A DNA stretch of 43,141 nucleotides from a virus (lineage: Duplodnaviria; Caudoviricetes), in IMG/VR virus record IMGVR_UViG_3300005077_000074, positions 1-43,141 of that record; one strand, 5' to 3'. Of this stretch, positions 9,132 to 21,900 are shown piece by piece; position 1 is the stretch's first letter, and each line of letters starts with the position of its first letter. Made by a program: the position numbers and the translations under genes. Under the pieces are notes generated by a model. The model had not been told where the DNA came from. It did no database searches and saw nothing but the letters and a program-made list of their open reading frames with translations.

Positions 9132-9902
9132 TCACGCCACCAGTCTCGGCCGAGGGTTATATCCCCGCATCATCTTCGATCTTTCCCCAAGATCCCAACG
9201 CTCTCCTGTGATGCCAAGGGCTGTGGCGCGAGAGATGTATTCGTGCTCATTGCACTGATACCGCCGCAGGTATAAACGGGGCTGCCCATTCCGGTGATCG
9301 GTCAACTCCGGGATGGGCAGTACTTTTCCGGCTAGCCTGCCGTTTCGCAGGCGATCCCAGAACACCTCCACGAAGCTGTCGTGATACTTGGTGCTGTTAC
9401 GGACACCATCCTCGTATCCTAACTTGATGTCCTCAGGTGAGATCGCGCCCCTGCGCATGAAGACGATGTCAGTCAGGATCGGGAAACGTGCGAAGTTCTT
9501 GTGCCCCTCTTTGGTCAAATGCGGATTTGGCCTGCCTGCCATCAGCACGGCGATCTCAGGGTTGCGCTGGAAGTACCCTTCGATAATGCCCTTGAGGTCA
9601 GGGTGCGCGACGCAGGCACGCTGGCTGAGCTTGATGGCGACATCGGCTGACTCGTTGTCTGCCAGGACCAGGGCGTCGATGAAAGCCTGGACGTCACCGG
9701 CAAAGTGGCCAAGCGGCACGTCGGTGCAAGCGTAGTAGCAATCCCTGGTTGCAGCGACCTGCTCGATCTTGGCGGATTCGACGCTGCGATCGTCTCTGAT
9801 GACGATTGGAACGTCCCCTCCGAAGCAGGATCTCAGCAAGCAGACATTGAGATCGGTGAAGTGTGGATAACCGGCAGACCCGATACATGCCGCGAATTTC
9901 AT
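9132..9902 (-). CDS. Putative GT-A-like protein at the end of the virion operon
   Basis: N-terminal beta-alpha-beta with IVIRDDRS resembling the GT2 nucleotide-binding strand; starts 6 bp after the giant gene. Confidence 0.55.
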   Translation of the reverse strand: MKFAACIGSAGYPHFTDLNVCLLRSCFGGDVPIVIRDDRSVESAKIEQVAATRDCYYACTDVPLGHFAGDVQAFIDALVLADNESADVAIKLSQRACVAHPDLKGIIEGYFQRNPEIAVLMAGRPNPHLTKEGHKNFARFPILTDIVFMRRGAISPEDIKLGYEDGVRNSTKYHDSFVEVFWDRLRNGRLAGKVLPIPELTDHRNGQPRLYLRRYQCNEHEYISRATALGITGERWDLGERSKMMRGYNPRPRLVA

Positions 9903-9908
9903 GGCTGG

Positions 9909-12900
9909 TCAGTAGCTTAGCGCCCTGAGCCTCCTGGTCAACGGCCGAGAAAGCCTGCCCTGCAGGATCTTGGTGCCGCCACCGCCGAGCGCCTTGCTGA
10001 GCCTCGTGCGACCGCCAGAAGATGATCCGCCGAACTTGGTCTCTGGCTGGCGCTGCTCCTCGTAGAACGTCATCTGCGTTCCGATAGAAGTGGCACCGCG
10101 AGCGAGAAGCTCCTCAACAGCCAGCACGTGCGCACGCTCGCTGTCGCTCATTCTCCCAAGGATCCTGACCCTCTGCTCGTAGGTGAGGGACTCCTGGAAA
10201 GTCCTGCGGTAAGGATTGCGGCTGGTGTAGAGCTGCCTGACCAGCTTCCTGGCAGCCATGTCGTCGATTTGCCTCTCCTCTTTGGCCCTTTTGACAGCCT
10301 CCTCATACCAGCGCATGAGCGAAGTGTGATCCTGGTTCATCGCCGCGTTCACCATCCGGTTGGCGTAGGGAGTCAGCGTGGTTGCTAGCGTGCCGCTCAT
10401 CTGAACGGACATCTGCTTGGCTTCCTTGAGCAGGTCGGTGTCGCCATACCGTGAGAGCAGGCGCTGTGCACCCGTTGCGTAGATCGAGCCCTTGTAGGCT
10501 GGCAAGCTGTTGAACGCCACCCTGGATGGCCCAGGCATCACGGTCTTCAAAACGCTGTCCAATCCGTAGGTGATGTCCCTCGTGTTCGCCACGCCAGCCG
10601 CATAGTTCAGCCACGCCAACCCAACGTTCTGCACCGGGAGCGCGACACCAAGCGATCGCCTGGATGGCTGATCGTTCAGGGTCATGTTCGCGAGCATGTC
10701 GACGTAGGGAATGATCGTTGCCGCAGCAGTGGCAGCCTCCTTCACCTTGCCCCATCCTGTGTTGGCCTCCCAGAAGTGACGGCTGCTGCGCTCTTCACCG
10801 TGGACGTATCTCGCCCACGCCCGAGCTGCGGCCTCATACATCTCCTCACCGAACAGACCGGCAGCGACCAGCGACGACATGATGAACATCAAATTGTGCA
10901 TCACAAGGGCTGTGGTGACATCCTTCACCCTTCCGCCAGCGCCCCTGCCTTCGCGCTTCACCGGCATCCCCATCCAGTACGCCTGATTACTGAGCATGTT
11001 CAAACGCCAGCCCATCAGGAAGTAAACCAAGCGGCTGATGATTCCCTCGCGAGCCTTCAGCGGGCGATTCGTGGGAGTCGCTACGTTCAGCTCCTCGATG
11101 TGTGACTGAGCAAGGTTGAAGCGCTGCTCGTCGGTCAGCCACCTGACATCCCTGATATTGCCACCAGCCTGATCCAAGCGGTCGAAGAAGTCGTTCACGG
11201 AAACCGCGAGGTCCATACCGGCATGGTTGAACCAATACATCAGCATGTTCAAAGCGGACTGATCCTTTGAATCGCCGCCCCACCACGGAGGAAGCGTCTC
11301 GTTGGGAGTCAGCTGGTCGAACCTGCGAACCTCGGCACCGCTTTCCTTCATCTGCAGGTAGCGCTTCCTGAGGTGGCTTTCCAGGTGGTTGATTGCACCA
11401 AGAGATGCGTTGAACCCGGCGACGTTCGCCGCCATGTCACCATACCTCGGCATCGTGTAGCGCAGCAGCGCCAGCTGGAACTCCAGGTATCCGGTGGCAT
11501 GTTTGCCTGCGAGCTTCGCGAATGCCGCAAGGTTCTTGAGGCCAGCCTCCTGCCACTTTGAATCCTTGTCGAACGTGATCGCCTCACGCGACGAGATCAA
11601 CCCCATCGTCTGCGGGCTGGTGATGATCGATTCCAGCTTCTCGGTCAGGTTCATCGGGATCATCAATCCACGACGCTCCATCTCCTTGTAGTGCCGACAC
11701 TTCTCGAACAGCAAGCGGGTGAACTCTGGCAGCACATTGCCAAGCAGATCGAACTCGAACTTCTTGCTGGCAGGGTTCAGGGCCTTGAGCGCCTCCTTGA
11801 TCTCGCCTTTCCTGAGGTGCTTGAAGGCTGAGGCACCCGGCCTGGACTTGCGCACAATGGCAACGACCGCAGCCGCAGGCCCCCACGTCAAAGCCGCCAG
11901 GGTCTGCTTCATGACCTCCCATCCAGCTAGACCGTAGGAGTGAGTCAGGCTTCCGGTTATGGCGTGCAACCTCTGGCCATTGAACCCAAACCCTCCCTGG
12001 TGCCAGTTGCGCATCGACGTGAATGGGGCAGCGATCAGGCCTCCAAGCAGCACACCGAACACCCTGTAGAGAGGCTGCATGTCATCCTCGAACACCCTGC
12101 CTCCAGGAACGAATGTGCGCTCAAGCTGGGTGATCGATCCCTGCAGCCCATTTATCAGGTGGTCGATCTCGTCGATCGTTGCGGTTTCCTTGCCAGACCT
12201 AACCCTCGCAGCCTGCCTCTTCTTCAGCTCTTGAGTTGCTGACACCTCCTGTTTGCCGGTCTCCTTGCTGATGCCAGCAACCTCCTGGATCATCTTTGCC
12301 TTGCGAGATTGCAGCGCAGAGACAGCCGACTTCATCCCGGTGAGAACCTGACTCAGATAGAAGCTGCTGCCGTTGAGTCCGAAATTGATAATGTCGGCAT
12401 CACTCTTGAATCCGTAGTCATACCACCAATACGGGGCGATCCGAACACCGCGCCCAAGCGTGAAGCTGTTCTCGAACTCGAACGACGTAAGGATGCTCTT
12501 GCTGGCAGCTGACGCCTCCATTGGCATCACCGCACGCTTGTAGACCTTGGAGACGGTCCTATCGAATTCGGCATAGAAAACCTCCGATCCCTTCGGCGCA
12601 TCCTCAACCTCTTCACCCTCGATCGTCGCCTGGGGGATATTCGCATCGAAGAACGCTTCGAGCTCGACCATGTTCTTGATCTTGCCGTCCCTGATGTCGT
12701 CTGCGGCGATGGCGTAGATATCCTCAAGCGCAGACTTCGTTGTGAAGTCTTCGCTGCGATCCCTCAGCCATGAAGAGACGGCATCGTGCAGGTAAGGATC
12801 AAGCAGCCTGCGCTTGTCCTGGACACTGCCATTCTTGATACCCTCGTTGTAATATGTCTTCGTGAAGTCAATGGCTGCGCGGTTGAAGCTCCTTGGGAGC

Positions 12901-15900
12901 ATGTGCTTGTAGAGCTTGAGCGCCTTCCGGTAGTACTTGCCAAGCCCAGGAACCCACATGTCTTGAATGAGCGCAGGGTCGATCATGACGGACCTGCCCT
13001 GCGTGACGTCTATCTGCATGGCTGCATCGACGGCCTTACTCTGAAGCTCCAGCAGCTCCATGTCTTCCTTCGTGATCACAACGCCATTCGAGGGAAGCTC
13101 ATCGCCTGCTTTCAAATCCCAGTTGTTGTTGTTCAGCGCGAACAGCTCCCTGCCAACCATCGTGTACCATTGATCCACGGCAAGAGACGGCTCCTTGACC
13201 TCGATCTCTGCGGCGTGGCTTTGCGCAGCCCTGAACGTTGCGTTCCTGACGGGCTTGCCCCAGTCCTCTCCCCACTTTGCCATTGCGAGGTAGGAATCGC
13301 GCCAGCCCCGGAGGGCATAGTTCATGAACACCGTCATCCTGTTGCCGTATTGGCGGATGATGCCGTCTATGATCTGGGTTCCCTTGTTGGCAATGTTCGC
13401 CAGCCACCCCATTCCGAAGCAGTTGTAGTTCTTCGAAAACTCGGTCATTCCGTTGCAGTCGGCGAAGTTTTTCAGGAATTCAGCCCAGTGCCGGAAGTAT
13501 GGAACAGCCATGTCACCCTGGTTCTCTGGCCTGCCAAGCCACTGCTCAATTTCAAGCAGAGCCTTCAGAGCCTTAGCCTGCTCGCCACTCATGGAGTCCA
13601 GGTCGGACTGCAGGTTGGCTGTTATGGTGCCACCGCTGATCGGAAGCGGGAACTCCATGTTCTCACCCCACTTCGGAAACCCGACACTCTTCCAGGCGTT
13701 CGGGACAACGCGCTCGCCAACATCGTCAGATACAGTCTTGCGGAACGCCCTGTAGCCCTCGTCAGCCATCATCTCTTCTCCGAACTGAACGGCCTGCTCC
13801 AAAGCCTCAAGTCGATTGGAGATCCTGTTGATCCGCCTCTCCCTGTTCATTAACAGGAACTTGGCCTTCTCAAGGTTGGTGACGGTTTTCCTGTCCAGCG
13901 AGAAGATCCTTCGCACTGCCTGAATGTTTCTGGTCTTGGTCAGGTCACTTGCTATCTTGGCAGCCATTCCAGGAATAGACCCAAGCACCGCTTGATCGCC
14001 CTCAAAGGACATCGCAAGCAGACCATGCCTGATCCTCGCAAGTCTGGCCAATGCCCAGGCAGCACCTTCAAGGATGTGCGTCTCAACCTGCATTTCCTCT
14101 TCGGTTGGGTGCTGCGCCATGTAGGCGTTCAGGATCTCACCGGGCACCATCGTCTCGTCACCCATCAGCAGCCCGGCCCCTTCAGGTGTCCCGGCTATGC
14201 GATTCGTGATTCTGATCATTGCCTGCGCTATCCCGCTCGAATAGCCGCGATACCTTTCAATCCACTTCGCCTCACTCATCAGCCTCTGATATTGCGCATG
14301 CTGCTCGCCCTTCATCTTGGCAAGATCAAGTGCCGCTTTAACAGCCAGCTGAAGCTGCCTATCCACCTCAACACCCAGCGTCTCAAGGTCCCAAACCTTG
14401 GCCCTTCTGGTCTGAGCATCCTTAACCAGTCTCGCAAACTTGTCTGACGCTATGTCCTTGAGGGCGTTAGCCAGCTTCCTCCTGCTGATCTCCAGCCTCC
14501 TCTCGAAAGTCTGGATTGCGCCCATAGCGCCGAGCGCCATCTGGTTGCGCAGGTGACTGCTGGACATTGAGGCTTTCGCCGCAGAGTACTCAGCTCCTGA
14601 CACATTGAACAGATCCCTGACAGCCTGGACAGTCTCGGTGACATTGAGCACGCCAATCATCTTAGACGCCATCGAGTTGAGCTGCATTCCTGATGCAAGC
14701 CACCTGCTCTCAATGTTCGACATCAACTTCGACAGGTTGAACGAAGCCCCCATCAGGCTGGTGCCAACCTCAGTCCTGTTCCTCCTGCCACCGAACTCGC
14801 TGATCTTCCTGACTCTGTTCGGCGTGAATCCAATTCCGACAGCACCGATATCCGTGAATGCGTTCACCTCGGACAGATACCCACCGTTGGCGCTGATGGT
14901 GAAGTCGCCATCGGAGAAGCTGCGCATAAGCCGGTCAAAGTAACGATCCTTCTGCGCACCGTATTCACCCATCCAGGCTTTGACCGCATTGATCAGGTCT
15001 CGCAGGAACCCGTGGATCCACTGCACGGCACCCTTGATCCCGCTGTCAGTGTTCGCCCGCATGCCTGCGTCGGTCAGGTTGTGAGCGAAGAACTCGTCAG
15101 TGTTGATCAGTGGATAATAGTCAGCCCACGAGATTCTCTGTTCCAGCATGAACTGTTCGCTGGTGACGGCCCCGCCGTGATTCATGATCCACTCCGCGAA
15201 CTGGCGAGCCGCAACTGGCGAATCAGGATTCTCAAGGATGCTGGTCAGTGCCGACATCCGCATGCTCTCGACTTTATTCGCATGCTCTTCAGGCAGGAAC
15301 CGCGCAATCGCGTGAGCTATTTCCTCTGCGGTTGCTGTGATGTTCCTGCTTCCGGCAACCACCCGCGCCAGCCTGTATGCATGGCTGAACGTTCCGGCGT
15401 AATGGATCTTCGAGTCCTTGCCAATCCTCGGACCCTTCACCATCTCGAACGTCAGATCCGCGAGGAGCGCTTCAGGGAGGCTATCGATGAACTTGAGTGC
15501 GCTAGCCCTGGCCTCGTCAGTGAATCCGTTGTCAACCCTGTCGATCATCTCCCTGATCGCCTGCTTCCCTTGCACCCTCTTGCCGAACAGGGATTGGTTG
15601 GCGCTCGCCGATGATGGGGCGTCCTGCGAGATCGCACTCGACCTGCCGCTCTTGGACGCCATCGCGCCACGGTAATCCTCAAGCAAAGTCTCAAGCGCCT
15701 CCATCTTCGCCTGGATGACTGGGGACTCAGTGAGCTTATCCCACCCAGGAATCATCACGTCGGACAGCTCTTGAAGGATGTCTTCCCACGGATCATCCTC
15801 GAATGGATCCGTATCCTCCATCTTGTTGTAGACCGCACGCCCGCCCTCGGTCTTGAGCAGTTTCTCGATGATGGCTTCGATGTCGGACGGCAGGATTTCG

Positions 15901-18900
15901 GATGCCTGCCTCGATGCCTCGATCTCAGCCTTGGTTGCGAGCTCAGGAAGCGCAGTGTCTGGAAGCTTCTCGCCACGCAGCTTCTTGTAGTCCTCGATTG
16001 ACAGGAAGTCCTTCGCGTCAGGATCCCTCTGGTTCCACAGCGAATGCCCCTCGGAGTCGTATCCGGAATTCAGGATTGCGTCAGGATCCAGATACCACGC
16101 CTTCACCGTCATCGGATCTCCGCCAGTGACGTCTTCAGGGATGACGTGCTCAACCTCCTGTGCGATCTGCGACGGCAGAGTCTCAAGGGCTACGAAGTAA
16201 ATCGTCCTGTAGCCGCTCGGAGTCTCAGCCATGATTTTCGCCTCGCCGCCTTCAATGGCAAGGAATGCATCAACCGGAATGCCATAGACAGTCTTGAGCC
16301 CAGCCTCAGCTGCCTCCTCCGGTGTCATCTTGGCGGTGAACTGTTGGCCTGCCTGCTTGACACCAACCAGGATTTTGCCAACCGGCATTCTAACGACTGC
16401 GTCTATGGTCTTCGCATCCGGCTTCCACCTCGAATTGTCAAACGTGCCGTACGCGAGCAGACGATAGCGCATCGGGCCTGGAACCCTCTCACCACTCGAC
16501 ATGTTGTAGTGGCGCTCTGGCAGGAGCGTGCTCTCGATTGCTTCGGTCAGCCTCGGGTTCTGGCTGGGCGGTCTGTTCTGCTGATCCTTGATCTGCTTCT
16601 CCAGCCTTCCGACTTCCGATCGAATATCGATACCCTCCTCAGACACCCTTTGGGCAGCCATGACGCTGCGGTTGGCGTAACCCTTGATCCGCAGGTTCGC
16701 ATGCGTAACCTCCTGAATCACGCCATACAGCTCAGCAACCCGGTCGATCACCATGTTCGAAAGCTCAGTCTTCCTGGCCTTCTGCATGGTCTGAGACAGG
16801 TCGGTCCAGTTGCCCCACAGCCTCATCGGGATTGTGTCAGGGCGCTGCGAACCGCGAGCGATGACATCACCTGACTGCTTTGCGGCAAGCTGCTCCTCTT
16901 GGGTCATCGCCTTGGACCCGAGCCGCGCCACCTGCTGCAGCTTCTTGTAGCCCAGGTTCTCCAGAAGTCTGACGAGCTCTCCCTGCTCAAGCGTCGAGAG
17001 GATCTTGAGGATGTCCTTCCTTGCCGTTGACGTCTCCTTCGCAGAGACGGTCTGCGATGCGAGCCACCAATACCGCAGCGGCACACCGTAGAGGATGTTC
17101 TCCCTGAACGGTTCTCCGTCGAAGATCTCAGGAGTCAGGCCCTTCTTGCTGGGCTTCGATATCAGGACCCGCTTGTTCAGCCAGTCGGGCTCAGCGCCTT
17201 CGACAACCTTTTCAGGCTTCAGCGAGTTTGCTGGCATGTTCTTCAGGACCTTCGGTTTCCCGTCGGCATCAGGCTCCTCAATCCGGATGTCGTAGAACGT
17301 CTTCTCGGTTTTGATCCCAACGACCGCATTCCTTCCGAGGCCGCGATCAATCCTAGCAATTGGCAGCTTCCTGACAGCAACGACGACACCAAGCGTCTCC
17401 CTGTCCTCGTGCTTCACCATCACCGGTGCACCCTCCGAAAACACAACCTCAGCCTCGATGGTCGGCATACCCTCGCTCAGGATGACCTTTGCGGTTGGGA
17501 TGCCCATCTTCTGCCGCACCCTGACGAATGCCACCTTGACGGTGATCGCGTCGGCGACAGCGCCGATGAACCGAGCATACACCTCGTCCAATGAGCTGCT
17601 CTGAACAACCGGGATTGGCATCTCCTTCACAATCCCAGGTATGGATACGTTCCGGTAGTATGCCCCGTTGCTGGATTGGTAGACTGGCCCGATCAAAGAA
17701 TTGGGCCGCAGGTTCAGCATCTGAGAGACGAACTTCGGCTGCGTCCTGATGTAATCGATCTCGGCAATACCCTCGTCCCTTGAGACCCCAGGCTTCTTCG
17801 ACTTGACCTGATACCCGCGATTGCTGACGTCCCAATCGAAGTTCGCAAGGAGCAGCTTCGTGGCGTCCGTCATCTCCAGGTGATCGATGTAGGAGATGAC
17901 AGTGTCGAGATCGTCCTCAGTCAGCGACGTGATATCCGCTGGCGTCACGTCCATGAACATCGTGTCCAGCGGCTTGTCCACCTTGCGGTATCTGACACGC
18001 CTGCGGTTCGACACCGGCACGCTGATGTAATCCGGGTCAGGGGTTGAAGAGAGAGCCCTGAGCAATCCGATGCGGCTTTCCTCAGCAAGGATCGGATAGA
18101 ACCCAATGATCCGGACGAACTTGCCGTTTTTGGTTTCGATGATGTGGTCTTCGGTGGCTGCTTCGGCAGGGGTGATCGGCTTGATCGTGTCGATCATCAG
18201 CTTCACCACCTGACGCATGAACGGGGTATTGTTCTCGTACCTTGAGGTCTCAATGGCGATCGTCCTGGCACCAGACCTGAGACGGTGCACAGTGCGGTAA
18301 AGCCTGTCTCCGGTAGGCAGGCCCTTCGGGGCATCGAGCAGCTTCGGGTATCCAACCTCGGACGGTGCCTTGTCGCTTTCTGCCTTCGGGCGATAGCCGT
18401 ATCGCTTCGCCACCTCGCGGGCACGCTGCCGCATGTCAGACGACACATACCTGTCAGCCTTCGGCTTCAGCTCTTCAACGAGTGTCCCGAGATATGCCAT
18501 CTCAGCCTCGGAAAGGCGCATATCCCGGCTCCTCGAAATCGCGCCCTCAGGATCGTCGACCGCCATCTGCTCAAGCATGGCAGTCCGCATTGTGGTGACG
18601 ACCGGCATCCGGTTTACCGTCGCTGATCTCGGAATGAATGGCCTCCCCAGGTTTGCCCTCGCCTGATCCGGCGTCTCCTTTGCCAGGGAGATGAAGTCGA
18701 CGTTGAGGTTCTTGATCTCCGGGTTCGGGGAGTATCCGGTATCGCCACGAATCAGGATCTCACCAGTCTTGCCCTGCCCCGTAGCAGCCTCGATCGCAGA
18801 CTGAATGAATCCGATCTTCTTGGCATACGAATCGATCAGGTCCTGGCGACCTTCCTTCTTCGAAGCCTGATGCGCCTTCAGCGCGGACCTGCGCATCTCC

Positions 18901-21900
18901 TGGATGGACTCGTGGACGTCCTCCTCAGTCTTGATCAGGTGCCGCCCAACGGCCGCAGCCGGGTGGTGGGCCATGTGGTTGGGAACCATCTTCAGCCAGT
19001 CACCCAGGTTGGCAACCTTCGGCCGCTGCCTGCTGTCGTCCGCGATGTTCTGCTCGTCGACGGTGAGGCTCCCCCTGCCAAGCACCTTCCCGTCAACGTT
19101 CGCCTTCATGTAGGCGTCCAGGAGTTTGTCGTATGTTTCCCTGGTAAAGTTCCGGTGCGTCTTGAGCGCTGGATTGTTCAGATAGGGTATGTCGACGATC
19201 ATCGCCGCGATCGGCGGAGACGGCTGGATCGCGCCTGGGTTCTGCGCATACCACGTGTGGATTGCGCTCCACAGCGACGCCGCGATCTCCTGGAACTCCT
19301 GGTTCTCGGTGTAGAGGAACTGCTCCGGGAGCGCTGGCATCGTGGCGTCAGTGTGCTCAACAGTCACAACTCCTTGACCACCAACATAATCCTCGCGATC
19401 CACCATGCCGTCTACGGCATCAGGCTCGTCGTAGTCCTCGGTGTTGCCGCTAAGCTTCTTCTTCGCGTCGAAGTACGCGGGCTTCAAGTATGCCTTGATC
19501 TCCCGCCCCCACTTCTCAACCATCGCCTTTGCGAACGGAACAAACCGGCGCAACCCAGTGTCCTTCAGGTAGTTATACGCCCACTCTGCAGTCACAGCCA
19601 TGAGCTTCGGGTTCAGTGGACCGAGCACGCTCATGTTGACCCGGCCGAGCAGCTTCGCCATCTCGGCTTCCAGCTCGCGCATCCTGACCTGCTCAGGGGT
19701 TAATGGCTTGATATCAGGGGACTTAACCCTGGTGAACACCTGCAACTCTGGGATCCAGTGGATCTCGGGATCCTTACCCCAATCGAACCCCTGTGTTTGC
19801 TGGAGACGCCCAGCCTTGTCCAGTTCCTCAGCCTGCGCCTTGGTCAGGGTAGGCCCGCTCTTCTCCTTGAGGTCGGGAACAACGGGGGGAGTCACCGCGC
19901 CGACGATTGCGACCGTGTCTTCGGCCTTCTGCACCTCGGTTATAGGGGCCACTGCTGGCGCTGGGGCTGGCGGAGACGCGCTTTCTGCGGCCGGTGGTGC
20001 CGTTGGAGCGGCCGGGGCAGCCTGAGCCGCCACAGAGGCTTTCAGCTCCTTTATTCGTGCCAGATACTTCGCGTGGAGCTCGGGAAAGCTGATGTAGAGT
20101 TTCCCTACTAGGTTGTTCTCCGCCTGATTGAGGCTCTCCCCGCCCGTAGCTACGACCTTCTTGGCCAGGGCTTCGATGTTCTCCGGGGTGGGGTCTATGA
20201 CATCCACAGCCTCAGGCTGCTTGATCCTTTTTGGTCTCTGTGGAGCTTTAGGTGGCACTTTCTGCACAGCCACCTTACGTCCAATGGCTTGCTGTAATCG
20301 TCGTGATGCGTCTGGGTATTTAGATCCCCACAGCTTTCGCACCTTTTCCTTAATAGCCTTCCCCTTCTTCTGTAAGTCTTTGCGTAGCACCTGCAGTTCA
20401 TCTTCGCTCGCTGATCCTGTGTCAGCGGATGCGATGACCGATGCCTGCGCATCGATTTCGCGTGACAAGCCAAGCAATTCCTCTGCCCCGGCCGACGAGG
20501 ATTCCCGCATTTGCACAGTGACGATTTCATTGAATGTTTCCTCCAGTGATTGGGATGTTCCACGAATTACATTAGCCGCACCAGCTGCTACTGCTGGCAC
20601 TTCCGGTGCCTCAGTAACCGGCTCAGTAACCGGCTCAGCAGACGGAGGCATCCCCTTGTGCCGGTTCTTGATCTCCTCCTGCTCAACCCTGAGCTTCGCA
20701 GCTTCGGCCAATATCTCGTCAGCCCGCTTGGCATATTCCGGCCCTGGAGGCAGGGCACCGATACGCTCGTTGATCTTTTCCAGCTCGGAATAGATCTCCT
20801 GAAATCGCGCAATGTCCTGCTCCAGGGTTGGAGTCTGTGCCGGGGCTACTTCTTGGCCCCCTTCTTGCACCCTTTCTTCTTCATTCTGAACCACCTCCTT
20901 CTTGGCTATCTCCTCGGCAGCCGCAATCGGGTTCTGAGCACCCTTGACCTGCGACTCCTGAGAAAGTATCTGTTGCTCACCTTCGCCCCCTGTTGGAGAC
21001 ACAGGGGTATCCCCTGCAGCTTTTTGTTCCCCTGGAGGTGTTGAGGGCTCCGCTTTCGGCCGAAGCTCTGCTGGGTAATCCGGGACGTGGGCGAATCGGG
21101 CTGGCTGCGGTGCGGCTGGTGCCGCTGGCCGCGTTACTGGCAGAAGCCTGCCAGCCTTCATGTCGTCCAGGTCCTTTTGCGAGAACAATGGCGCTGACAC
21201 CGATATCTCGGCTGATCTCTGGTTTAGTTCCTGAAGAGCTGCGTCCACCTCCTCTTGCGTAGCCTGACCTGCTTCAAAGTTGTCGAATGTCTCATTGAAC
21301 TTCTTGAGGTGAACACCCAGCTCCTTGCCGTATTCACCAGCAGCCCGCTCCTTCTCTGCCATCCAGAGGAACGTCGATTCCCTGTTTGAATCAGTCCATC
21401 GCTTCTTGGCCTCCTCCTCTTGTTCCTTGGCCTTTTTCTCTGCACGCTCCGCGAGCTTCTCAAGACCGATCTTCCCTCCCTCAACAGTGCCGCCGAGAAC
21501 GCCACCAAGAGCGTACGCGAATATCGCCTGCTCTGCGGCCTGTTCCGGAGTCATGTCTGGATCGTACTGCAGCCTCGCAAGAACAGCCTGAGTGATCTCG
21601 TCCGCGCCTTCCTCGCCGCCTTCCAGGTTGAACTGCTTCATCATCCTGCCAACGACACCCTTGATGAATCCCTTGGGTGCCTTGGTGACGAGCGAGCTTT
21701 CAATACCAGTCTTGCCGAACGCCATGGTCCATAGAGCTGTCGATGCAGCTGCCGACAGCGACGGGATCCTGGCGAGCTTCTCGGCCTTCTCCTTGCCGTA
21801 GATCGGCTCGAACTTCTTTATTGCCGAGTCGTACGTCTCGCCTCCGCTCTGCATCCCTCCAAAGACCGAAGACGCAACAAGACCGATGTTGCTAGCAGCA

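Noticed and set aside
20100-20650. Group I intron or intein housing the HNH
   Set aside because: The host frame has no stops, no intein C/S...HN-C/S/T termini are evident, and the HNH is in a different frame from the host.
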